A DNA stretch of 64,000 nucleotides from positions 992,001 to 1,056,000 of the forward strand of contig CAXXUA010000005.1 in assembly GCA_963663765.2 (NCBI GenBank), read 5' to 3'. The notes beneath the pieces are model-generated. The model was given only the letters and a program-made list of their open reading frames with translations. It made no database searches and was not told the DNA's origin. Both the position numbers and the translations under genes were made by a program. Source of the DNA: Candidatus Poribacteria bacterium. Lineage in GTDB: Bacteria > Poribacteria > WGA-4E > WGA-3G. This document shows, piece by piece, positions 1 through 10,193 of the stretch. The number at the start of each line of letters is the position of its first letter. The stretch's first letter is position 1.

Positions 1-2440
1 TTGTGCCGCGTCGCAACCGAAACGGGTCGCTTTTGACGATACCTGTTATAAGCACAGAAACCTTGTAATCATTAGCCTCAAGTTGAGCAACAATACGATC
101 CACCGTCGGTTTGTCGTAGAATTCTAAACCTCTACCTAACGCATAGATTAACATCTTTTCCGTTAAACATTGCGCAAACTGTTTTTTCCTATCTTTGAGA
201 ATCTGCTTTAAGTCTGCAATGCCTTTGAAGGTAGTACCATCTGGGAGCTGCCCTGTTGAATCTATGTCTTGTTCCCCTTCCTTTTCACGAAACTTACCGA
301 TAGCATCGTAGTTTTCCAACGCAAAACCGATGGGATCCATTTTTGCATGGCAGTTTGCACATGCGGGGTCTTCTCGGTGTTGTTCAAGCCGTTCCCGCAA
401 AGTCGTTCCGGTGATAGCATCGTGATCTTCCGCCAACTCTGGTACATCTGGCGGTGGTGGCGGAGGAGGTGTACCGAGTAGCTGCTCCAAAACCCAACGT
501 CCTCTTTTCACGGGTGAGGTGCGTGTCGGATTTGAGGTCACCGTCAGCACACTGGCTTGCGTCAGAATACCGCCACGTTTAGGGTCTTTCAATGAAACAC
601 GTTGGAGTGTATTCCCTCTGATTGCTTCCCCATTGTCATTTTTCCAAATGCCGTAATGCCACGACAAACGCTGGTTAACAAAGGTATAGTCCGCATCAAG
701 CAGATCCAGAATACTCCGATCTTCCCCAAAGATTGATGCTAAAAATAGTTCCGTTTCCTTTAGCATATCTGCCCGCAGTTTCGGATTGAAAGTCGGGAAG
801 TACTTCGGGTCCGGTGCAACTGTATCTAACCGTTGGATTTGCAACCACTGTAAACCGAAATTGCTTGCCAATTCACTTGCCTTCGGATCGGCAAGCATCC
901 GTTTAACTTGTGCTTCAAGGTTTGCTGTAAGTTCATTTTTTTCTGCGAGTTCAAGCAGTTCATCATCTGGAATGCTGCTCCACAAGAAATAGGACAAACG
1001 TGAAGCAAGTTGAAATTCGTTGATGGGCTGCGGTTCTTCGGTTTGGGGACGATCATCTAACTCTAATCGAAATAGAAACTTGGGTGAACAGAGGATAACC
1101 TTAATCGCCTGCTGAATACCGACTTCCCATTTCTCTCCATCCGCTTGCACAGATTCCACAAACTGCGTGAGTTGTTCCACTTCGTTTTCAGTCGGTGGAC
1201 GGCGATATGCTTTACGTAGCAACCGAGTCAGCACTTCACGCGTCTGGTCTATTTGTGGAATATCAGGCGTACAAACAAGTATTTTTAGGTGTGATTTTGG
1301 TCTTGTCTCTAACGGACCTTCTGACATAATTGAACGAATCTGAAGTTTAGCAGTTGGTTCTCCTGATTCAGGTTTTACATAAGCAATACCTGCTCTTTCA
1401 ATATTTGGGACGCGACTCACAAGAAACTCTATTCTCTGCAACTTTTCCGGATCACGGGCAGTAATCTCAAAAATCTTGAGTATTTTAATCTTGTTCTCTT
1501 TGGTCGTATCCACACCAACCAACCGAGAAAGTTCATCGTGAGGTGAAACATCTGTTAACACTTGTCCTTGAATGAATAGCGCAGCATGAACAGGTGTTTG
1601 GCTTTCCGTTTCGGCATAAAGAACTGCGCGGAAATATGTTTCAGCATCATCCAAGAGTTTGTGATGTGAAGCACTTGACGTAAAGGGACCGGATTTCCAA
1701 GAGTCTGTTACAGTCGGATCCAAGACGCGAAACTTTCCATCAGGGACATCTTTGTGACGCGGTTCAAGACGCATTACGTTTTGGTAGTGTTTAGAAGGTT
1801 TAGGCGGATCCACTATGATAACGCGCGTAGCAATCGCCTCAGCTGCTTCAAGATACCGTTCCATAAGCAATGGCGACATCGTCAACACATCACCAATGTT
1901 ATCAAATCCGTGTCCGACATCATCTGCGGGAAAACTCTCAGTCGGGTCAAAATCAGTCCCCAGTAAATCCCGCACGCTATTTTTATATTCTACTCTGTTG
2001 AGTCTCCGCACCGTTATACGCCCCGGATCAGGCTTTGCATTACGACTCGCCTCATCAAAAATCGCATCTACATGTTGGATAAAAGCGTCTAATTCTTCCA
2101 TTGGGGGTTGGTCGCTTTCCGCTGGCGGCATCTGGTTTGTATCCAACATCCCAAGAACTCTATCCCAGACATCGTGATCCTTAATCAATGAGATGTTGTC
2201 TTTGTATGAGTCAAGCGAAAGTCCCGCACTAGGTTGATCACCAGAATGGCACTCAAAACAGTACTGCTTTAAAAAAGGCATACCTTCTTTAGCAAAGTCA
2301 GCACCGCCTTTTTCAGCGATGCTGAGCGTAAAAGAGATGAACCCCAACAAGATTAACAAAAAAATGGAAAGGGATATGAACCGTAGATTAAGTAATGATT
2401 GTATTCTCAAAAGAGAGGATTGCCGTTTTTGTCGTATCAT
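1..2440 (-). CDS. Planctomycete-type cytochrome c / DUF1587-1592-1595-1588-1585 (PSD) domain protein, 3' end runs off the window
   Basis: Absent from the ORF track because there is no stop in the window. Both ends hand-translated in the same frame from ATG 2440: signal-like hydrophobic stretch, YCFECHSGD (CxxCH), CANCHAKMDPIGFALENYDAIG, ending ...GIVKSDPFRLRRGT at the edge. Confidence 0.85.
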   Translation of the reverse strand, partial: MIRQKRQSSLLRIQSLLNLRFISLSIFLLILLGFISFTLSIAEKGGADFAKEGMPFLKQYCFECHSGDQPSAGLSLDSYKDNISLIKDHDVWDRVLGMLDTNQMPPAESDQPPMEELDAFIQHVDAIFDEASRNAKPDPGRITVRRLNRVEYKNSVRDLLGTDFDPTESFPADDVGHGFDNIGDVLTMSPLLMERYLEAAEAIATRVIIVDPPKPSKHYQNVMRLEPRHKDVPDGKFRVLDPTVTDSWKSGPFTSSASHHKLLDDAETYFRAVLYAETESQTPVHAALFIQGQVLTDVSPHDELSRLVGVDTTKENKIKILKIFEITARDPEKLQRIEFLVSRVPNIERAGIAYVKPESGEPTAKLQIRSIMSEGPLETRPKSHLKILVCTPDIPQIDQTREVLTRLLRKAYRRPPTENEVEQLTQFVESVQADGEKWEVGIQQAIKVILCSPKFLFRLELDDRPQTEEPQPINEFQLASRLSYFLWSSIPDDELLELAEKNELTANLEAQVKRMLADPKASELASNFGLQWLQIQRLDTVAPDPKYFPTFNPKLRADMLKETELFLASIFGEDRSILDLLDADYTFVNQRLSWHYGIWKNDNGEAIRGNTLQRVSLKDPKRGGILTQASVLTVTSNPTRTSPVKRGRWVLEQLLGTPPPPPPPDVPELAEDHDAITGTTLRERLEQHREDPACANCHAKMDPIGFALENYDAIGKFREKEGEQDIDSTGQLPDGTTFKGIADLKQILKDRKKQFAQCLTEKMLIYALGRGLEFYDKPTVDRIVAQLEANDYKVSVLITGIVKSDPFRLRRGT

Positions 2441-2486
2441 AAATGAATTGAATCGTTTACCTTTTGTAGTGTTTTCAGTTATATTT

Positions 2487-2516
2487 ATAATACCCTAAAA
2501 TTGTATGCTTTGTCAA
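2487..2516 (-). promoter_or_regulatory. sigma70-like promoter for the PSD-domain gene
   Basis: TTGACA-18 bp-TATTAT on the minus strand, about 45 bp upstream of the ATG. Confidence 0.5.
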
Positions 2517-2524
2517 AAAATAGC

Positions 2525-3145
2525 GTAGTAGATCGGGTAGCGCGAAACGAAACTCCATAACTGTCAACTTAAGAAAACAGTGTTGTCCTTTCTCTTGTAG
2601 GAGGGTTTTGTAACCCCATAGGTGTAAACTTAACTATAGTTTGGACATATTCCGTTTGTTGCAAGTTGGTTTTCAAAGGAGTTTCTATTTTTCTACGAGT
2701 TTCTCATATTTGAGAAACTGGAGAAAATACCGTACTCCAGCGGAGTGCAATGTTTATAGAAAGTGGTATCCCCCATTCTTGCACTCCAGCGGAGTGCAAT
2801 GTGTTGGAACCCACATACCGCTCCGCTGGAGCGGGGTTGTTAGTTGACAATTTGGCTATAAACATATTGCTCCGCTGGAGCAAAGAGGGATTCTGTTTTC
2901 TTCGTTGTGTTTTGATTTGGTAACATAAGCGGTGAATCAATTTATTATCAACTCATGTTTGGAAAAAACTTATAGTAAACTTAAGGACAAACTTTCTTGT
3001 GGGAGGTGTTATTAACCCTGATTCTTACTTGGTAGGAGCGACCCGGGGAATGCCATAATGAAGATTAAAAATACTTTGGGTAATTCTACTAATACAGCCA
3101 CGGTAGGTGGGTAATACTATTTAGGCATTCCCCACCTACCGTTGG
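2525..3145. repeat. Cluster of REP hairpins and MITE ends
   Basis: Four CTCCAGCGGAG/CTCCGCTGGAG palindromes (about 2732-2881). Also CATA(G/A)(G/C)TGT(C/A)AACTTAA ends (about 2557, 2617), TATAGTTTGGA (2636), a GGTAGGAGCGACC REP half (3031) and GGGGAATGCC...GGCATTCCCC. Confidence 0.7.
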
Positions 3146-3174
3146 ATGTGTTAGTCTTGTAATAATATGTTTTA

Positions 3175-3957
3175 CTATAATTGGCTTTTGAGTTTCCCCC
3201 ACGAAGTTGCTAACTTATCATTAGGTGAAACAGAAAGCACACCTTCTATACCAACGTTCACCAAATGCTGTATCTCTTGCTGTGAACGCACTACATTAGA
3301 GATGCGTACCTCATCTATATTCCCATCTAAAAACGGGTTAGAGCCGCGACCAAGCCAAACCGTTCTATCATTCGGTACAATATCACCACCAATATTGCGT
3401 TCACTGTCCAATTCTCCATCAAGGTATAACTTAGCATCACCAGTCGTCGCATCGTAAGTACCTGCTATATGAATCCAAGTACTAAGCGGCAACGGTTTTT
3501 CACCAATTAAAGTCGCAGTCACCCAATCATTGGTAGTAGTCGTCATACGTAGTATAGATCTTTCATTACTTCTCGGTCCTATTTTATAGGAACTCTCTTT
3601 TGTAACACCGGTAGCCCCAGCTGATGAATGGGCATTTAGATAAACCCACATCTCAATTGTGAGTTTGGTAACAAGATCAAGATTATCACTATCAGGAATA
3701 TCAACGAAATCTCTTGGTCCGTTTCCGCCAAAAACAAGCCCGCCTCCAAGTTTTCCTTCATCCCAATCCGCACTTCCCATGAGTATACCATCGTTTCCGT
3801 ATATAGATAAGTCTTTGACAACATCGCCATCACCGGACTCAAATGTATACAATAGCACAGTGTTTTCATCTTGTGCATAAATAGTTTGAGGCAAAATAGA
3901 CACCATAAATACAAAAAATATCATAAAGTATCCAAAACGTAATAAATTTACCATCAT
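3175..3957 (-). CDS. Secreted LamG-like jellyroll domain protein
   Basis: Signal peptide; YTFESGDG, LTIEMWV, WIHIAGTYD, LYLDG and GNIDEVRISN LamG motifs; C-terminal VSPNDKLATSWGKLK tail. Confidence 0.85.
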   Translation of the reverse strand: MMVNLLRFGYFMIFFVFMVSILPQTIYAQDENTVLLYTFESGDGDVVKDLSIYGNDGILMGSADWDEGKLGGGLVFGGNGPRDFVDIPDSDNLDLVTKLTIEMWVYLNAHSSAGATGVTKESSYKIGPRSNERSILRMTTTTNDWVTATLIGEKPLPLSTWIHIAGTYDATTGDAKLYLDGELDSERNIGGDIVPNDRTVWLGRGSNPFLDGNIDEVRISNVVRSQQEIQHLVNVGIEGVLSVSPNDKLATSWGKLKSQL

Positions 3958-4180
3958 AGTACTACTCCTATTGTTGTTTCAATTTCAAATAATCGTTACT
4001 AAAACACGAGTTGTAGTCAAGTTTTGTCAACACGTTAACTTCTAAGATATTTGATCTATATTAGACATTTTTTGGAATTATTGGAACAATGACAAAATTG
4101 CGTTCGTTCAAAAAAGTTATAATATCCACAAGAATATATGGGATGTCAAAAATGGTAGAAGGGCAAATACCTAAAAAATG

Positions 4181-4524
4181 GCTTGAGTTGAGAATAAGCC
4201 GGATTCTGTATGTGATGATCATTCATCTGGGATCAATATTTCCATTGACCTCAAGCGGTTACCTGGGGACGAGGCGAGCACACCTCTAAATATCCCCTTT
4301 TTACCTTGCTCCAGATGGGGTTTACCAAGCTCCATAAGTCACCTTATGGACTGGTGCGCTTTTACCGCACCGTTTCACCTGTACAACGTATCAACGTTGT
4401 AGTCTGCTTTCTGTTGCACTTTCCATAGCGTCGCCACTCCTGGGGGTTACCCAGCATCCTGCTCTGCGGAGTCCGGACTTTCCTCATCCCGAAGACGAGA
4501 CGCGACCACCTACTCAACTCAAGC
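4181..4524 (-). ncRNA. rnpB: RNase P RNA (bacterial type A)
   Basis: Minus strand has GAGGAAAGTCCGGACTC, GGAAAGTGCAACAGAAA, GGTGAAACGGTGCGGTAAAAGCGCACC, GGTAAACCCC...GGAGCAAG and ACAGAATCCGGCTTAT. The terminal P1 helix is GCTTGAGTTGAG/CTCAACTCAAGC. Confidence 0.97.
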
Positions 4525-4612
4525 ACTCCTTTTAGGTTACCATATTTTTACCCGAAGCAGCAATATAAATTGAAAATGATAGGAATTGCATTAAAAAAGT
4601 TATGTAATTATT

Positions 4613-5302
4613 TTACTCTGTTCTTTCTGGTTGGGTAGGTGTTAAGGTTGAATTTTGCAACATCTCTCCGTTTTCATTCCATTCAGTCCACAAGCCGTCT
4701 TCCTTGCCGTTTTTGTAGGAACCTTCTCTCTGCTTTTGTCCATTTGCATGCCATAGTGTCCACAAACCGTCCTTCTTACCGATCTGATATTGACCATCAC
4801 TTCGTTTTTGACCGTTCTCATACCATTCAATCCACAAGCCGTCTAAGTTGCCATTCTTGTATGTTACCTCACTTCGTTTTTGTCCGTTCTCATAATATTC
4901 AATGCCTACACCGTGCAACTTCCCATCTTTGAATGTGACTTTTTCTGAGGTTTGTCCGCTTGCGTGCCAAGTGATAAAGGTGCCATTCGGTTCACCACGT
5001 TGAAACTGCTGAAGGCTACGGTCCCGTTTGACCCAACCTGTATACGGCTTTTCCTGATTAGGGGCATAGTGTAATTCTTCACCCGCCGCTGACTGACGAG
5101 ATTGTAAACTATTCTCATCTATGGCATCCATAAGGATTTTCTCACGCACTTTTGGATCATCCAAATTAGGTTCCCCGCACCCTATGAGCAAGCTGATAGC
5201 AAAAAATAGAACATAGGCAAATATAAACCCCTTGGTTACACGTGCAGCGTCTATTAGTGTTCTGGTTATATATCCTTTTGAAATTAAACTCAGTTCAGCC
5301 AC
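4613..5302 (-). CDS. MORN-variant repeat (YwqK-like) putative lipoprotein
   Basis: Repeated GxWxEWYENGQKRSExxYKNG units; hydrophobic segment ending LLIGC. Confidence 0.8.
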   Translation of the reverse strand: MAELSLISKGYITRTLIDAARVTKGFIFAYVLFFAISLLIGCGEPNLDDPKVREKILMDAIDENSLQSRQSAAGEELHYAPNQEKPYTGWVKRDRSLQQFQRGEPNGTFITWHASGQTSEKVTFKDGKLHGVGIEYYENGQKRSEVTYKNGNLDGLWIEWYENGQKRSDGQYQIGKKDGLWTLWHANGQKQREGSYKNGKEDGLWTEWNENGEMLQNSTLTPTQPERTE

Positions 5303-5441
5303 TAACCATTACCTCCTCAATAAGGATTTGTTGATATGCCGCTCAGGTTTCTTGTGTATAACAATCGTAAAGTGGTACCACAAGTTACCATAACAATATA
5401 ACAGATTTCGCATTTATTTTCAATCAATTAGCATAGGTATG

Positions 5442-5563
5442 CGGGGTTGTTCAGTTTTCCTAATTTTTGGATTTTTCAAAAAAGAAACCCCGCGGTAGGA
5501 GCGACCTCCCGGTCGCGATTTTCTCTCAAAAATGTGAAAAATGGTTAAAACTGAATGACCCTG
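5442..5563. mobile_element. MITE family A copy 1, carrying a GTAG REP
   Basis: 17-bp TIRs CGGGGTTGTTCAGTTTT / AAAACTGAATGACCCTG. Flanking direct repeat CATAGGTATG (5432-5441, 5564-5573). Internal GGTAGGAGCGACCTCCCGGTCGCGA. Another family A left TIR starts at 5574. Confidence 0.8.
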
Positions 5564-5663
5564 CATAGGTATGCAGGGTCATTCAGTTTTCAATTTATTG
5601 AGTAAATTCTATCACCGTCGTTAATCCTTGAGTTAGCTTATTCTTGTGGAGTTAACTCATTCT

Positions 5664-5854
5664 TTGTCTGAACCAAGATTTTCAGGATTAGTAGATTTTC
5701 AGGATTTACCTCGTCAAGGGTTTTTGATATGCGTTTATGCTCTATTTTGGAATAGGATCTGATGAGAAAAATCTTGGTAATCTGCTAATCCCGGGGAATG
5801 CCATAAGGCATTCATACCGTTGATTTCTTGATTTGAAAATCCTAGTTCAGACAA
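5664..5854. repeat. TTGTCTGAACC...GTTCAGACAA inverted-repeat element (family F) with element E inserted
   Basis: Ends TTGTCTGAACCAAGATTTT / AAAATCCTAGTTCAGACAA, internal GATTTTCAGGAT repeats. Related left ends at about 35621 and 48638. Confidence 0.65.
5793..5835 (+). mobile_element. Small TIR-less insertion element E
   Basis: GGGGAATGCCATAAGGCATTCATACCGTTGATTTCTTGATTTG; a near-identical inverted copy lies at 28591-28634. Confidence 0.7.
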
Positions 5855-5911
5855 GTAACAAATACTTTACACACTCCAATTAATTATATGCTTTACAAAA
5901 GAAAGACGCGC

Positions 5912-5940
5912 TTGCAAATTCTGACCTTTTAGGATATACT
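5912..5940 (+). promoter_or_regulatory. sigma70-like promoter for the ArsA-family gene
   Basis: TTGCAA-17 bp-TATACT, 32 bp before the GTG start. Confidence 0.55.
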
Positions 5941-5972
5941 TAAATAATAATCAACTCTGTAGGATTAAAATA

Positions 5973-7151
5973 GTGCGTATCATATTGTACACAGGTAAAG
6001 GGGGTGTCGGTAAAACCACCATTTCTGCAGCAACAGGAATGAAGTTGGCATCCCTCGGATATAAGACGATTGTGATCTCGCTTGACGTAGCACATTCGCT
6101 CCGGGATTCTTACGATAATACCGAACATCTCATTGCGGAGTCGACTGAGAAACAGGTTCAAATCAGTGAGAACCTCTGGATACAGGAGATCAACGTTCAG
6201 GAAGCCATTGTTGAATACTGGGACGAGGTCTACAACTACATACGTTCTTTGTTGAACCGTTCTGGTTTGGAAACTCTTGTAGCGGAAGAGATTGCGGTAT
6301 TTCCGGGCATGGAGGAAATCTGCGCGCTGCTTTATATCAATCAGTATGTCCGTGAAAAAACCTATGATGTGATTATCCTTGATTGTGCACCCACAGGCGA
6401 ATCGTTGCGGTTTGTTAGTATTCCGACCACACTTGAGTGGTATATGCACCGAATCTTCAAATTAGAACGTAGTCTTGCCAAAATCGCTGGACCTGTCATA
6501 GAAAAAGTCAGTTCTGTTCCGATACCAAAGGACGCATACTTCCAAAATATTCAAAACCTCTTTGACAAACTGGAGGGTATTGATAAGGTACTCACAGACC
6601 CAAAAATCACAACAGTGCGATTGGTAACTAATCCCGAAAAAATCGTCATCAAAGAAACACAACGCGCGTTCATGTATTTTTGTCTTTATGGGTTATGTAT
6701 TGATGCAGTCATTATTAACCGTATATTCCCTGATGGTTTGGAAGAAAAGTTCTTTGAAATTTGGAAACAGACACAACAGCAATATATAGCGGAAGCAGAG
6801 AGTTATTTCTCGGATGTGCCAATTTGGAAGGTAAATCTCTTTGACAATCAAATTGTAGGTGAAAAAGGGTTACAGAAATTGGGAGATGTTCTTTACGGCA
6901 ATATTGATCCGGCAGATAGGTTTTCTGAAAAAAGGTCATACCAATTCAGCAAAGTTGGAGATGCCTATCAACTCACGATGCAATTACCTTTTTTAGCAAA
7001 GCAGGATGTGGACTTGTCAAAACATGGGGATGAGTTAATAGTTACCATCGGTGGCTTCAAACGGCATGTTGCTTTGCCACGAACACTTGCGAGTAGAAAA
7101 GCCACAGGTGCAAAACTGACAGGACACCAACTAATCATCTCCTTCCAGTAA
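5973..7151 (+). CDS. ArsA/GET3-family ATPase with C-terminal HSP20-like domain
   Basis: GKGGVGKTT, SLDVAHSL, DCAPTG; C-terminal GDELIVTIGGFKRHVALP beta-sandwich. Confidence 0.9.
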   Translation: MRIILYTGKGGVGKTTISAATGMKLASLGYKTIVISLDVAHSLRDSYDNTEHLIAESTEKQVQISENLWIQEINVQEAIVEYWDEVYNYIRSLLNRSGLETLVAEEIAVFPGMEEICALLYINQYVREKTYDVIILDCAPTGESLRFVSIPTTLEWYMHRIFKLERSLAKIAGPVIEKVSSVPIPKDAYFQNIQNLFDKLEGIDKVLTDPKITTVRLVTNPEKIVIKETQRAFMYFCLYGLCIDAVIINRIFPDGLEEKFFEIWKQTQQQYIAEAESYFSDVPIWKVNLFDNQIVGEKGLQKLGDVLYGNIDPADRFSEKRSYQFSKVGDAYQLTMQLPFLAKQDVDLSKHGDELIVTIGGFKRHVALPRTLASRKATGAKLTGHQLIISFQ

Positions 7152-7178
7152 ACTTTTTGTAAAATCAAACGTCTCAAT

Positions 7179-7898
7179 TTGTGCATACTAAGAAATTATA
7201 TGGAGATAAAAACAGATAAACCTGTATTCACTGTAGTCTTAACAACATTTTTGACGTTTTTATTACTGTTTTTACTACCGAGAAAATCGTTTGGAATTGA
7301 TGCTATCTGGTGGCTTTATCCCAACCTACTCCTTGCAATCGGATGGTTTGGTTTTCTCATTCGCTCATATCGTAATATAACTGAAGATGTATCGTCTCAA
7401 CTGCTTTCAAGTTGTGTGTTGTTTGGAGTTGCAACGACAGCAATATATCTGCCAATGGACAGATTGTTCTCAAGACATGGGAAATTGCGGTTTATCGTCT
7501 ATAGCAGCTCGGATTTCTTGGGTAATGTAACGACACCTATTGGATTGATATTGACCTGGATGCTTCTTGCAACGTTAGCCGTATACCTCTACCATCGACT
7601 CAAGATGTTTGGTCTCCCATCTTTCGTTGCTTCAGGACTTACAGGCATTGCATCTGGATTCGGAAGCGTTGTGATCTACATGCTTGGTAAAGAATTATGG
7701 GAATGGAACTCTCTGCGTATTGATAATATACCAAATATCGCATCAGTACCTATCTTTATGCCGATAACATACATACTTACCTTTACATTATGCCCTTACT
7801 ATTTTCACCGTGAACAACATGCCTTAATTGCAGGGGCAAGGTGCGGTCTTTTCATGGGTGTCATGATGTTCTTGAGTTTTCTGTTTTTTTGGTTGTAG
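7179..7898 (+). CDS. Hypothetical polytopic membrane protein
   Basis: About 7 hydrophobic segments; no family recognised; true start possibly ATG 7200. Confidence 0.65.
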   Translation: MCILRNYMEIKTDKPVFTVVLTTFLTFLLLFLLPRKSFGIDAIWWLYPNLLLAIGWFGFLIRSYRNITEDVSSQLLSSCVLFGVATTAIYLPMDRLFSRHGKLRFIVYSSSDFLGNVTTPIGLILTWMLLATLAVYLYHRLKMFGLPSFVASGLTGIASGFGSVVIYMLGKELWEWNSLRIDNIPNIASVPIFMPITYILTFTLCPYYFHREQHALIAGARCGLFMGVMMFLSFLFFWL

Positions 7899-8013
7899 TA
7901 ACAACATAAAACAAGGTAGGTACAACGATTAACACATCATTGATTGAGCGCGGGTGTAAATATTACATGTTTTAGAAATTTCTGCGTGAATATCAGACTA
8001 TTAGGAAAAAAAT

Positions 8014-8577
8014 ATGGCTGACTTACTCGAAAAGAAAAGGATACGTTCAACAACAATACTGGCTGTCCGTCGGAATGGTGAAATCGCAATTGGCGGAGAT
8101 GGACAAGTTACATTAGGCAATACGGCTATTAAACACAGTGCACGTAAAATTCGTAAAATCTATCAGGATCGTGTTCTCATAGGGTTCGCGGGATCCACTT
8201 CGGACGCACTCACCCTTTACGAAAACTTAGAGAAAAAACTGGAGCAGTATCGTGGCAACTTGCAGAAAGCTGCCGTAGAACTCGCCAGAGATTGGCGTAG
8301 TGATCGCATTCTTAGACGCGTAGACGCTTTGATGATTGCAATCAATGAAAACGATAGTTACTTGATCTCTGGTACCGGTGATCTCATCATACCCGATGAT
8401 GATGTACTCGCTATCGGTTCGGGAGGCTCCATTGCCCTTGCTGCTGCCAGAGCACTACTCAATTACTCAGAACTTACTGCATCTGAAGTCGTCGCTGAAG
8501 CCTTAAGGATTACAAGTGAAATATGCATTTACACGAATGCAGAAATAGAAATTGAATCAATAAAGACAGAAAAATAG
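8014..8577 (+). CDS. hslV: HslV protease subunit
   Basis: STTILAVRR (N-terminal Thr), GDGQVTLG, GFAGSTSDA, AIGSGG, ICIYTN. Confidence 0.97.
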   Translation: MADLLEKKRIRSTTILAVRRNGEIAIGGDGQVTLGNTAIKHSARKIRKIYQDRVLIGFAGSTSDALTLYENLEKKLEQYRGNLQKAAVELARDWRSDRILRRVDALMIAINENDSYLISGTGDLIIPDDDVLAIGSGGSIALAAARALLNYSELTASEVVAEALRITSEICIYTNAEIEIESIKTEK

Positions 8578-8650
8578 AAAAACACACATAATATCTGTTA
8601 TTTTGGTGATGGCACAACGTCAAGTGCCTACCACATTTTAGGAGGTTACA

Positions 8651-10183
8651 TTGGAGAAATCAATAGTTGAAACAAAGAGTTTAACAGACGCACTGACCCC
8701 GCGGCAAATTGTTGAAGAACTTGACAAGTATATTATCGGACAATTTGAAGCGAAAAGGAGTGTTGCCATTGCCTTACGTAATCGTGCACGTAGACAAATG
8801 CTTGCAGAAGATATGCAAGACGAAGTTTCACCGAAAAATATTATCATGATCGGTTCAACAGGTGTCGGGAAAACGGAAATTGCTCGAAGACTTGCACGCC
8901 TTGTTGATGCCCCTTTCATAAAAGTTGAAGCTTCCAAGTATACTGAAATCGGTTATGTTGGTCGAGACGTAGAATCAATGATCCGCGACTTAACGGAACT
9001 CTCAGTCAGTAAAGTAAAAGCAGAACAAACGTCATCAGTTGAAGAAGCTGCATTAGAATTGGCTGAAGAAAGACTATTGGATTGCCTATTACCTTTGCCT
9101 CGGTCTTTGAAAAGTCAACGCACCAAGGAACCAGAAGATGACCTTGAAATAGATTTAGACGAAGATATTGAGATTGACGAAGATATTGAGATTGACGAAG
9201 ATATTGATGACGAAGATGATGATGATGACATCCCATTTCCGTTTGACCTAATAGAAGCCGCTGATGAACAAAATGAAGCATTAGAAAAACAGCGAGAACG
9301 TCACCAAAAAACCCGTGAAAAATTAAGACAGCGGTTGAAGAATGGAGACTTTGAAGATAGACCTGTTGAAATCAATATGAAAAGTAGGAGTATGCCGTTT
9401 GTGGAGATATTTTCTCCTGGCGGTATTGAGGAGATGGACATCAACTTCAAAGATATGTTCAACAACATTCTCCCGAGTCAGACGAAAAAACGACGTGTGA
9501 AGGTCTCTGAAGCCAGACAAATTCTGATGCAAGAGGAAGCGGAAAAACTGATTGACATGGACGCTGTCATCAGTGATGCGATTGAACGTGTAGAAAACAC
9601 TGGAATCGTCTTCTTAGATGAAATTGACAAAATTGCGGGACGTGAATCTCGGCAGGGACCAGATGTCTCACGCGAAGGTGTGCAACGCGATATTCTACCC
9701 ATCATCGAAGGTAGCACAGTCGCAACGAAATATGGAGCTGTACGCACACACCATATCCTGTTCATCGCTGCAGGTGCATTTCACGTCTCAAGCCCATCAG
9801 ACCTGATCCCGGAACTACAAGGAAGGTTCCCAATCCGTGTTGAACTCAAGAGTCTAAACCAAAGTGACTTTAAATCTATCCTAACAGAACCGAAGAACGC
9901 CTTAGTCAAGCAATATACAGCACTCCTCCAAACTGAAGAAATTGAAGCAACTATCACCGAAGATGCAATTGAGGAAATCGCTGCACTGGCATTTCAGGTG
10001 AACGAGTCTGTAGAAGACATCGGCGCAAGACGACTGCACACTATCATGGAAAAACTATTTGAGAACCTATTCTTTGACGCACCCGATCTTAAAGAGGACA
10101 GTGTTACGATAGATGCAGAATATGTCACTGGCGAATTGGAGGAGATCGTTAAAGATCAGGATCTAAGCAAGTATATCCTATAG
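8651..10183 (+). CDS. hslU: HslU ATPase subunit
   Basis: [36 protein letters not shown] pore loop, FLDEIDK, C-terminal DLSKYIL. Confidence 0.97.
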   Translation: MEKSIVETKSLTDALTPRQIVEELDKYIIGQFEAKRSVAIALRNRARRQMLAEDMQDEVSPKNIIMIGSTGVGKTEIARRLARLVDAPFIKVEASKYTEIGYVGRDVESMIRDLTELSVSKVKAEQTSSVEEAALELAEERLLDCLLPLPRSLKSQRTKEPEDDLEIDLDEDIEIDEDIEIDEDIDDEDDDDDIPFPFDLIEAADEQNEALEKQRERHQKTREKLRQRLKNGDFEDRPVEINMKSRSMPFVEIFSPGGIEEMDINFKDMFNNILPSQTKKRRVKVSEARQILMQEEAEKLIDMDAVISDAIERVENTGIVFLDEIDKIAGRESRQGPDVSREGVQRDILPIIEGSTVATKYGAVRTHHILFIAAGAFHVSSPSDLIPELQGRFPIRVELKSLNQSDFKSILTEPKNALVKQYTALLQTEEIEATITEDAIEEIAALAFQVNESVEDIGARRLHTIMEKLFENLFFDAPDLKEDSVTIDAEYVTGELEEIVKDQDLSKYIL

Positions 10184-10193
10184 CTGGCACAAC

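Noticed and set aside
262-2177. Short ORFs listed in the track in this interval
   Set aside because: They are shadow ORFs of the long minus-strand PSD/cytochrome gene.
2641-2940. Two short ORFs (68 and 78 aa)
   Set aside because: They lie wholly within palindromic repeat DNA.
4089-4289. 66-aa ORF
   Set aside because: It is antisense to the RNase P RNA 3' end and has no protein features.
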